In this document: in pieces, positions 15,880-26,547 of the stretch | Position numbering within the stretch: the stretch's first letter is position 1 | Layout: the number at the start of each line of letters is the position of its first letter | DNA from: Eledone cirrhosa | Lineage: Eukaryota | Reading direction: 5' to 3' | DNA length: 64,000 bases | NCBI GenBank assembly: GCA_964016885.1 | Contig: OZ024741.1 | Span: forward strand, 193,502,001-193,566,000 | The notes under the pieces: generated by a model | The model's database searches: none | Told to the model about the DNA's origin: nothing | What the model saw: only the letters and a program-made list of their open reading frames with translations | Program-made: the position numbers and the translations under genes

Positions 15880-16850
15880 TTCTTATTTCTTCTTTTTCTA
15901 CTTCTTCTTCGCCCACTTATTCCTGAGAGGGTATTGGAAGCAGAGTCCTCAGAAACTCCTAGCGGGTCCTGTCAGAAGTAACCATCTCAAATTGGTCCGG
16001 CTGGATCCCCAAGCGAAACCAACCAAGCTCGTGGATGTCATCCAATCATTTTGCTCGGAGTGTACCCCTGGGTATCCTGCCGGTTAGTTTTGCCCGTAAC
16101 ATCTGTCTAGCGATTCTTCATGAGGCATTCTAACCACATGCCCGTAGTATCGGAGCTGTGATCTCTCGATTTGGAGAAGTAGCAGCTCTTCCTGGAGCAG
16201 CTCTCTGATCTCCGAGCTACTTACTCTATCAAGTAACGTTATTCCAAAAGTCCTTTGAGGAACTCCATTTCAGCTGCTTGTATTCGTGATCGTATTCTTT
16301 CGGTCATTACACAATCTCTCTTGTCTACTTTTTTGAAAATTGGGATTATCACTCCCGATTGCCATTACTTATGTACCTTCCCAAGGATCCAGGCCGTCCG
16401 GCACACACGAGTCGGCCAGAGAATGCCTTCTCTATTTAAGGCTTTTAATATCTCGGGCCAGATTTCATCTTCCCCGGTGGCTTTGCCCATTTCAGCTCTT
16501 TAACTGCCCTTGTGACCTCAGCCTCTGAGAGATTAGTCACCGTTCCCAGATGCACCTTGCGTACATCCGAAGATGCTGTTGTGATCGGGTTTAGGAGATC
16601 AGCAAAATACTCTCTCCACCTCATGTGGATGCACCTATCTGAAGAGAGGAGAACCTCAGACGCCTTCCTGAGAGCATGTATGGAGGAGGGCTTCTTATTA
16701 CGAAGTCGGTGGATGGTCTGCCAGGACACTTTATTTGCTGATCTGAAGTCAGATTCCATCTTAACCCAAAGTCTTCAACCTTTAGCAGGAAATTGGCTTT
16801 AGAGTGTTTGTTATTGTTATATGAGGGGCCCAAAAAGCCTGAACAAAACC
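15880..16850 (-). mobile_element. Internally deleted RTE LINE fragment with (AAG)n tail
   Basis: RWREYFADLLN, KPPG.D.I, IPIFKK, IERSQLRYYGHVVRM; related 3' pieces at 39730-40115 and 30517-30730. Confidence 0.8.
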
Positions 16851-16856
16851 TGGTGA

Positions 16857-18880
16857 TGGTTAGGGTTAGAGTTAGGGTTAGGCTTAGCGTTATGGGTGGG
16901 GGTTAAAGTAATAGTTAAGTTTAGGATTATGGTTTGGAGGTTATGGTTACCCTTAGGGATAGCGTTAACATTAAGGTTAGAATTAAGATTAGAATTAGAG
17001 TTATATTTAGGAGTAATGGTAAGGATAGTGTTAGGGATATGTATAGGGTTAGTTTTAGTGTTAGAATTATGGTTAGGGTTATGGTTAGGTTTAGAATTAA
17101 GATTAGGATTATGGTTAGGATTAGACTTGCAATTAGGTTTAGGGTTAGGATTGGTGTTAGGGTTAAGGTTAGTTTCAGGGTGATGTTTAAGGTTAGCGTT
17201 AACATTAAGGTTATGTTCAAGGTTAAATTAGGTTTATTGTTAAGGTTAGGGTTAGTTGTAGGGTTAGGCTTAGAGTTAGTGCTAGTTTTTGTGGTTAGGT
17301 TTAAGATTACAATTAGGGCTAGAGTTTATGTTAGTTTTAGTGTTCGGAGTTAGATTTAAGTTTCAGATTACGATTAATGTTACGGTTAGAGTTATATTTA
17401 GAGTTTAGATTAACTTTAGGGTTAGGTTTGGTTTAGGGTTGTGTTAGGGTTAGGTTTACAGTTATTATTTGTTTTATTGTTGGGCATCAAGGCTGATATT
17501 AGAATTGCTGTTAGGCTTAGGGTTAATATTAGGAGTAATGTTAGATTTTAGGTTATGCTTATGTTTAAGCTTAGTGTTTGGGTTAGGGTTAGGTTTAGTA
17601 TTAGTTTTAGGATTAGGATAAAGTTAGGGTTAGGGTTACAGTTAGGATTAGGGTAAGAGTTACAGTTGCATTTAGGATTAAGTCTAGAGTTAGGGTTAAA
17701 TTAGGGTTATGTTTAGTTTTAGGGTTAGAGATAGGGTTAGAGATAGGGTAGATGTAGTATTATGGGTTAGTGATAGGCTTAGGTTTATGGTTATTGTTAG
17801 ATTTAGTGTTAGGTTTAAGTTTAAGGTTAGTGTTAATGTTGGGGTTATGCTTAATGATATAGTTACAGTTTGGGTTATGATATGGCTTAAGGCTTAGTGG
17901 TTAGGATCAGGGTTAATGTTTGGGTTAGAATTAGGATTAGGGTTAGGTTTAAGGTTAGGTTCAGGATTAGGGTTAGTGTCAGGGTTAAGGTTAGGATTAT
18001 TGTTATGTTTAGGATTAGGGTTTGATTTAGGGTTAGTGTAAATGTTACAATTAGGATTACCTTTAGATGTAAGGTTAGAACTAAGGTTAGATTTAAGGTT
18101 AGGTTTAGTGATATGATTAGTTTAGGATAAAAATGAATGTTCAGGATAAACAATTCAAGTTAGACAATGTCATCAATAACCATTACAAAGTTCCACTGTA
18201 AGTGTCCAATCCCACGTAATTATTTCTAGTGAACCACAAGAATATGGTCTGAACGTGGAAGAGCCGAACTCTCACTGTCATCGCTTCCATCTCTCTCATC
18301 CTCCCCATCTCTCCGTATTGTGAGCAAATGGGTCCCTTGTGCTGGCCTCCCCACAGCCCCGGCAGACAAAATGGAGAAGGCATTTCCCCTAGAGGATGGT
18401 AAGGGAGATGCGCTGGAAGAGCCATTCCAACTCGCGAGGCTCACACCTGCAGCTGGCCAGCTCAGCGCCTGTGGTTGTGAGTAGGGAAGTAGCCCTAGGG
18501 CCAAGGACACCTGAAGTCTCCACTGCCAAGGGCTCAACCACAAACCTGTCAGAGAGTGACCAGTACTTGGAGAGTTTGGCCTCCTCAGCCTGACATGCAG
18601 CAGAATCTTAGAGTTAGTGTTAGATGTTAAGTTTAGACTTAGGGTTAGGGTTAGGTTTATCTTCAGTGTTAATATTAGGGTTAGGGGCAAGTTTAAGGGT
18701 TATGGTTAAGTTTTAGTTTAATGTTAAGGTAAGTTTAATGTTAGTCTTAGGCATTAAGTTTATGTTTAGTCATAGCTTTAGGGGTTTGCGTTAGGTTTTA
18801 TGTTAGTGTTATGGCTAGGTTTAGGGTTAGTGTTGGGTTTAGAGTTAGCCTTAGCATTAGATGTTAGGGTTAGGGGTAGT
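16857..18880 (+). repeat. Degenerate interstitial telomere-like (TTAGGG)n array, interrupted at about 18130-18605
   Basis: About 1.5 kb of 6-mer periodicity: TTAGGG, TTAGGA, TTAAGG, TTATGG. Confidence 0.9.
18183..18605 (-). mobile_element. CRE-like element 3' fragment inside the TTAGGG array
   Basis: Reverse complement is similar to 13370-13720 (gccaaactctccaagtac, ggtgtccttggccctagg, RGNAFSILSAGAV). Confidence 0.8.
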
Positions 18881-18884
18881 TTTG

Positions 18885-19060
18885 GGGACGTTTGGTGGAG
18901 TTGGGCTGTTGACAGCAAAGTTCTTGTTATCGCTAGTCGCTTGCTTTACTAAGGTGTCAGGTGATGCCCATGAGGGTGCATGGTTGTTTCAGTGCCTTAG
19001 TCTCGCCATCACCCATGGTAATGCTGCAAGCGTATTGGCTTGCCTCCAAATATTCCATTG
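18885..19060 (+). mobile_element. CRE-like C-terminal fragment abutting the TTAGGG array
   Basis: FGGVG...EGAWLFQCLSLAITHGNAASVL. Confidence 0.7.
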
Positions 19061-19439
19061 ACCCTTGTGATGTGCATCCGATTGTCATATTTGGTGCTGA
19101 ATTGATGGTCATTTTTGATTTTTGCTACTCACCTTTTTCTTTCTGTCATTCTGGCGATATACCTTGGTGTGTTGTAATTGTGAGGTTCCTAGTAATAGTT
19201 AATCACATTTGTTATGTGTTTATATTTTCATTCTAAAAGAATTGTGAGCAATTTGTAATCTTATTTATGTATATATTTAAAACTTATTATAAATATATTA
19301 TTATTAGCTACAACAACCATAAATCATTCATCAGTTTCAGCAATGAGTATTCAGTCATTTCATCCAGTATCAGTCTGGAAGAATCAGCTTGAGAGTGACA
19401 AGTCAGGACTGTTGAATTACAGGCATAATCTATCTAGCT

Positions 19440-19590
19440 TCCCTCTACCCAGTTTCTTTCCCAATGCTTGGGTCCACCCTAAACTATGGTAAAAGGAAAC
19501 CACTTACCCAAGATACTGTGGAGTGGGATCAAACCAGGAACCTTTTGATTGAGAAGTAAACTTTTTAACCACTCTGCTATGCCTACACCC
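19440..19590 (-). mobile_element. Diverged tRNA-derived SINE
   Basis: Minus strand has A-box-like gcagagtggtt and B-box-like ggtttgatccc, then cttgggtaagtg. Confidence 0.6.
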
Positions 19591-19891
19591 GCAACAACAA
19601 TAAACAACAACAAAAAATGATATATATTAATTAGTTTATTCATCTTTATAATTAATAAGACTGTTCTGTTAAGTCAGACGATATGATGCAATATTAACTG
19701 AACCAGACAAAGTTTGGACGCAATTTATACAATTATGAAACTGTAGGAAATTCTCTAAGATGAAACAACAAAAGAAGAAGAAAGGCAAAAGAAAATTATT
19801 TAAAGTAAAAAGTAAATAAAAACAAGAAAGAGAAATAATGTATGGAGTCCTTTCAGCATCATAATCTTTTTATCTCAATATTTTTGTGTGA

Positions 19892-19988
19892 CTAATTAAA
19901 AGACTTTCGGTAGATATGATAAAGCCTTGGATCAGATTTTAATTTCTTGTCTAAAGTCATGTACTTCATAGGAGCCAGTTCTTTGTAC
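19892..19988 (-). CDS. DRC7: DRC7 terminal coding exon (includes stop)
   Basis: tacag|G TAC AAA GAA...AAT TAG; 97 nt, completes the phase-2 Arg codon; YKELAPMKYMTLDKKLKSDPRLYHIYRKSFN*, matching the DRC7 end (HKELAPxKY...DPRL). Not in the supplied ORF track. Confidence 0.92.
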
Positions 19989-20074
19989 CTGTATAAGAGA
20001 GACAGAGTATTATTTATTTATTTATATACTTTTATTTATATTATTATTGTTGTAGCTTTTACTGCTGCTGTTGC

Positions 20075-20105
<31 letters not shown>

Positions 20106-21989
20106 GGTGGAGATCCAGCTGCTGTATCTGCTGCTAATACACAGTATTGATGTTGTGACTGGTTTAATCATGCTTCCTATCGGACCCCAATCCATCATCA
20201 AGGATGAGAAGTATTCTTGTCCCTTCTACTAGTCGGGTGTGTATATTTTGCTGTCCATAATTTTTTTAATGATTATTGAAGATTTGCTCATTTAGGGATT
20301 TGTTAATGTTAATTTGTGCGTGTGTTATTCAGCAAACTAAACACAAAAGGGGGCTGGTCGGCTTATTTTGTTTCTCGGCTCTCGGGACTGACATTCTAAA
20401 ACATTGTTTTTATTTTTGTCTGATAACAAATAATATTAAAAGATAGTAATAACAGTAACAACAACAACAACTCAGTCATGAGCAGGCAAACTGTCAGTGC
20501 AAAAGAAACCACCATCACCACCAACATCGCCATCACCAGTATTGTAACATTTGGCAGCAGTAATAACAACAATAAAAACAACAAGGATGAAAGCATGAGG
20601 AAAAAAAAGGGAAACAAAGATAGCAAGAGGACATTTAGTAGCAGAGCTAATGCCAAAACACCCACCACAAAATTGAACAACAACAGCAATAACAATAAAG
20701 CTGACAAAGACAATGATGAAATTTTCAATAAAGAAAACAAAAGTACATTTGGGGTGAACAGTAAAGACAGCAGCACCAACAGTAATACCAGCAACAGCAG
20801 CAATAACAGCAGTACCAACAGCAATGCTAGCAGCACCAATAGCAATGCTAGCAGTACCAACAGCAATACCAGCAACTCTTACAGCAATACCAGCAGCAAC
20901 AACAAATACATCAGTAGCAAACCTATCAGTACCACCAACAATAACTGCAACAACATAATGAATGACATGGCTTTGTCATCTCCTTCACAGCACAGCAAGG
21001 GCAGATGGTAAGTGGAGATGTGACACAGTAGATGCAGAAGGTAAGAGAAGATGTGACCCACAACTACATGTAATATAGTGGGATTTGAATACACATTTAT
21101 GTCCTTATGACACCCAAAGATCACAAGGTTCTCTTGGAGTTGTATTCCATTGTGAGAGTAAAATGGAAGTCAATCAGACTAGAAGTGTAAAGGAGAAGGT
21201 TCTGTTGATATATGTTTGAGAGTAGTATCCAACTGAGCACCTTCAGTCCAAAGGTGGAAAAGCAAGAAAATGGATAGAAAAGCAGTAGAGACAGCAGAAG
21301 CAACAGCAACAACAACAACAACAGGCCTCTGTGGTAAAAACTATTAACTCATCCCTACTGCCATCAGTATAAATTAAGGCACTGACAAGTTCCTCAGCTA
21401 TCACAAAGCTAGCCACCAACCAGAGACTCCAAGTAGTAGTTCCCTCTCATCATTTTGCAATGATGAGGAAGAGATAAAGACTGGAGAGAGATGAGACTGT
21501 CACAAAATAGTAAAAGAAGATAAAGCAACAAATATTATCCTTGACAAAAGGTAAGTAGAAAGCCAGACTTATTCATTAAGAAATGACATTCATATCGTCC
21601 CACCCTTGCAAGCAGGGAAAAGCGGACGTAAAAGGATGATGATGATGATGATGATCACTGAATTGCATGAAGTTCACATTTGTTCAAAAAGAGAGAAAGA
21701 GCCTTGCAGAACTGCTGATAAAAGGGACAGAAATTATGATGCAGTAATTAGATAGAATAGAGGACGAATACCAAGAATCCTAAAATGACAGTCTTTTGAA
21801 AACTTGTTAAACAAAGACTCAGGAAACCTGTCAGCTAAGACATAACAATCTCCCTTCTGTTGGAAGCAGGGGACCATATGTAATCAAGATGTAGGCACCC
21901 AGTTCATCTGAGAGGTCAGTAGTCCTGTTTGAATACTGACTCAGTCAATGAAGATCCATCCAGCCCTTAATAGTAGGGAAAATGAATGT

Positions 21990-23436
21990 TAAATGATGTT
22001 GATAATCATCATCATTATCATCATCATCATCACCATCGTTGTAACTACTATTATAACCAGCATCATTATCAACATCATCATCATCACTATCACCACTAAC
22101 ACCATCATCATCATCATCATCACTATCACCACCAGCACCATCATCATCATCATCACTATCACCACCAGCACCACCATCATCATCATCATCATCATCATTG
22201 TCATCATCATCATCATCATCATTCTCATCATTATCCTCACAGTTATCCCTATTATCATCGCTATCGTCATCATAATCATCACCATCATCATCATCACCAT
22301 CATCAACACCATCATCATCATCATCACCATCATCATCATCACCATCATCATCGTCACCATCATCATCATTACCATCATCATCATTACCATCATCATCATT
22401 ACCATCATCAACATCATCATCATTACCATCACCAACATCACTACCATCACCATCACTGTTATCATCATCATCACTATCATAACCATCACCATCACCAACA
22501 TCACTACCATAACCATCACCATCACCATCACCAACATCACTACCATGACCATCATCATCATCATCATCATCACTATCATAACCATCACATCACCATCACC
22601 ATCACCATCACCAACATCACTACCATCACCATCACTGTTATCATCATCATCACTATCATAACCATCACCATCACCATCATCACTATCATAACCATCACCA
22701 TCACCATCACCAACATCACTACCATAACCATCACCATCACCAACATCACTACCATGACCATCATCATCATCATCATCATCACTATCATAACCATCACATC
22801 ACCATCACCATCACCATCACCAACATCACTACCATCACCATCACTGTTATCATCATCATCACTATCATAACCATCACCATCACCATCATCACTATCATAA
22901 CCATCACCATCACCATCACCAACATCACTACCATAACCATCACCATCACCAACATCACTACCATAACCATCACCATCACCATCACCATCATCACTACCAT
23001 GACCATCACTGTCATCATCATCATCACTACCATAACCATCACCATCACCATCACCATCACCAATATCACTACCATGACCATCACTGTCATCATCATCATC
23101 ACTACCATAACCATAACCATCACCATCACCATCACCAATATCACTACCATGACCATCACTGTCATCATCATCATCACTATCATAACCATCACCATCACCA
23201 TCACCATCACCAATATCACTACCATGACCATCACTGTCATCATCATCATCACTACCATAACCATAACCATCACCATCACCATCACCAATATCACTACCAT
23301 GACCATCACTGTTATCATCATCATCATCACTACCATGACCATCACTGTCATTATCATCATCATCATCATCATCGTCGTCATTACTAACATGACCATCATC
23401 ATCATCACTACTGTGACCGTCAATGTCATCATCATT

Positions 23437-23470
<34 letters not shown>

Positions 23471-23510
23471 CTACCATGACCATCAATGTCATCATCATCA
23501 TTATCATAGC
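21990..23510. repeat. (CAT/CAC)n compound microsatellite with higher-order repeats
   Basis: Trinucleotide array with repeated 60-bp blocks (about 22990-23310) and longer duplicated blocks. Confidence 0.97.
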
Positions 23511-23957
23511 ATCAATGTTATCCTAAATTAATGCCTGACCAGATTGATTGATTGGTTACTTAATTAGTGTGTTCTCTCTCCAACAAACTAATGAACTCAT
23601 TTCAGGAATAAGAGACTGCTGATTGTTTACAATGTCACAACAACAACAACAACAACAACAGTAACAATAACAGTGACAATCTAACAACATTGCTGCTTTT
23701 ATCTGGTGGCAAATGGAAGGAACCCCTATCTCGTTAAGATATATAACAACAATATATGTGTGGGTGTATGTGCCTTTGTATATCTGCATGGTATCTAGAC
23801 ACACATAGTACCCCTCATATGGCACATCTAATCAAAACATTTATTCACTAGGAGTGTTCTATAACTAATTAGAAATTAATTGGGACTATGGTCAACATCA
23901 ATAGGAAATAAATAAATAGGAAAAATGAATTTCGAACACAGTCATATAAAAAATATA

Positions 23958-24300
23958 TGGAGGCACATGGCTTAGTGGTTAGAGCATTGGCCTTGCAATC
24001 GAAAGGTTGTGAGTTCAATTCTCAGACCGGGTGATGTGTTGTGTCCTTGAGCAAGACACTTTATTTCACATTGCTCCAGTTTACTCAGCCGTAAAAATGA
24101 GATGATAGGGACTGAGGTCCATATCATTCCACTGCAAAGTGGTCGTGTAGGTGCCATGGCAAAAAAGCACCCAGCACTCACTGTAAATGAGGTTGGTGTT
24201 AGGAAGGGCATCCAGCTGTAGAAATCAAGCCAGAATCAGTTCCTGTCCCACCCTTGCAAGCAGGGAAAAGCGGACGTAAAATGAAATGATGAAATGATGA
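23958..24300 (+). mobile_element. tRNA-derived SINE with RTE-related body and tail (GGAGGCACATGG family)
   Basis: A box tggcttagtgg, B box gagttcaattc, central tgtccttgagcaagacactt, RTE-type 3' hairpin and (TGA)n tail; near-identical copies at 24758 and 39314. Confidence 0.9.
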
Positions 24301-24757
24301 TTTAACTATATGATATGTGGGTTATAAATGTATGCATCATCATCATCATTTAACATCTGCTTACTCTGCTAGCAAGGGTTGGACAGGTCATTGAAGACTA
24401 GACTGGTGCCTGCATCATGCTTGCATACATTCCCACAATCTATTGAGAGCATTTTATCATGGTACTAGCACTAGTGAGGTTGTCATGTCTTTGACATAAC
24501 TGGAAAGTTCACCTGACTTTTTGTTTGGCAAGCTATATCTATATATATATATATATATATATATCAATAAATAAAACACACATATATATATATAAAGAGG
24601 AAAATGCCATTATACCAGCCGGTATAACGGCTCAATTAGTAAAGGACCCTAACATCTTCAACTTCGTATTTTCCTCTTTATAAATATACTCCGTCATCCT
24701 TGTGTTGAGTGCTAGAAGTGAATTGCATCCTTGTATACTGAATATATATATATATAT

Positions 24758-25101
24758 GGAGGCACATGGCTTAGTGGTTAGAGCATTGGCCTTGCAATCG
24801 AAAGGTTGTGAGTTCAATTCTCAGACCGGGTGGTGTGTTGTTTCCTTGAGCAAGACACTTTATTTCACATTGCTCCAGTTTACTCAGCTGTAGAAATGAG
24901 ATGATAGGGACTGGGGTCCCTATCATTCCATTGCAAAGTGGTCGTGTAGGTGCCATGGCAAAAAAGCACCCAGTACTCACTGTAAATGAGGTTGGTGTTA
25001 GGAAGGGCATCAGCTGTAGAAATCAAGCCAGAATCAGTTCCCGTCCCACCCTTGCAAGCAGGGAAAAGCGGACGTAAAATGAAATGAAAATGAAATGATG
25101 A
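24758..25101 (+). mobile_element. Same SINE family, second copy
   Basis: Near identity to 23958-24300; flanked by (TA)n. Confidence 0.9.
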
Positions 25102-25107
25102 TATATA

Positions 25108-25340
25108 TATGACTGCTGGGTAAAGAAGTGTCAAGAAATGCCAGTAGAAGGAAGACGCAGTAGAAGAAGACCATGAAAAACATGGGCAGAGGTGGTGAGA
25201 GCAGACCTCAGATTGCTGAAGCTCACGGAGGAGATGACGAAGGACCGTGACAAGTGGAGAGATGCTGTGCTGAATAGGACCCGTCCCACCATTGCAAGCA
25301 GGGAAAAGGGGACATAAAATGATGATGAATGATGAATGAA
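25108..25340 (+). mobile_element. RTE 3' terminal fragment
   Basis: VKKCQEMPVEGRR...DRDKWRDAVL, then terminal hairpin and (TGA)n; similar to reverse complement of 48870-49100. Confidence 0.85.
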
Positions 25341-25357
25341 TGAATATATATATATAT

Positions 25358-26547
25358 AAGTAATGGAAAGAGTTATAGCGTAACTAATTAGAAAAAGAAT
25401 TGAATTAGATGACATGCAGTTTGGTTTCATGCCGGGGAAAAGTAATACAGATGCTCTCTTTTTAGTGAGGCAACAGCAAGTGAAGTTCCTAGCCAAACAT
25501 AAACCACTATACCTAGCTTTCATTGACCTAGAAAAAGCATTAGACAGGGTACTCTGATCTATTATCTGGTGGTCCTTAAGGAAATTAGGTGTAGAAGAAT
25601 TGTTGATGAGAGCAGTGCAAGTCATATACAGAAAAACTGTAAGAAAAGCAAGAATAAGAAATGAGTTTAGTGAGGAATTCAAAGTACAAGTAGGAGTTCA
25701 TAAGGTTTGATTCTTAGCCCACTACTGTTCATTATAGTCCTCTGGGCTATAACAGAGGAGTTTAAGACTAGCTGCCTATGGGAATGTCTCTATGCAGATA
25801 TTCTGGTCCTGATAGCCGAATCCATTAATGACCTAGAAAATAAGTTCTGACTACGGAAACAGAATTTGGAATCGAAAGGCCTGAGAGTAAATTTAACCAA
25901 AACTAAAGTGCTAGTGAGCAGGAGAAAAGATAGGACCCTGATTCCTTCAGGTAAGTTGTCCTGATCAGTATGTAGAAAGGGAGTAAGCATAAACTCTATA
26001 CGATGGACACAATGTAAATCTTGGGTACACAAGAGATGTAATGGGATAACGAATAGGCTAACGGGAAAGAAAAACTTTGTTCATAGAAGATGTACATGGG
26101 TAACCGAGGAGAAGATAACCAGTGATGTAAGCCTATTCCAGTCACAGAAAGATCCCATATAAGTGGTCAATAGCTTCTGCTATCTAGACAACGTAATTAG
26201 CAATGGAGAGAGATGTTCTGACAGCATAATAGCTAGAACAAGGAGAGGATGGAAGAAAAAGTTCAGAGAGCTACTCCCACTGTTGACCACAAAAGGTTTC
26301 TCCCTACATACAAAAGGATGACTGTATGACACCTGTGTGCAAAGTGCAATGCTGCATGGTCGTGAAATATGTGCTGTGACAATGGAGTGTGTAGGCTGGA
26401 GAGAAATGAAACAACCATGCTCTGTTGGATGTGCAATGTAAGTGCGAGAGAGAGGCAGGGCTTGGACGAGCCAAAGGAGAAACTGGGTTTAAGAGGAAAC
26501 CAAGGGGGTGTGCAAGAGAGAAGATTGCATTGGTTTGTCCATGTGAA
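25358..26547 (+). mobile_element. Decayed RTE RT fragment
   Basis: MQFGFMPGKS, LAFIDLEKA and LYADI remnants with stops. Confidence 0.85.

Noticed and set aside
16896-18153. Hydrophobic or Arg/Val-rich ORFs
   Set aside because: Readings of degenerate TTAGGG repeats.
20478-21556. Asn/Ser-rich 177-aa ORF with two GTAAGT donor-like sites, possible antisense gene
   Set aside because: Low complexity, no convincing acceptor or partner exons; could be a decayed LINE ORF1. Not supportable without transcripts.
21989-23526. Long poly-Met/Val and poly-Ile/Thr ORFs
   Set aside because: Translations of a stop-free (CAT)n microsatellite; no splice or domain evidence.
23958-24030. Possible tRNA gene (also at 24758 and 39314)
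   Set aside because: A and B boxes continue into a repeated body and an RTE-type tail, so these are SINE heads.
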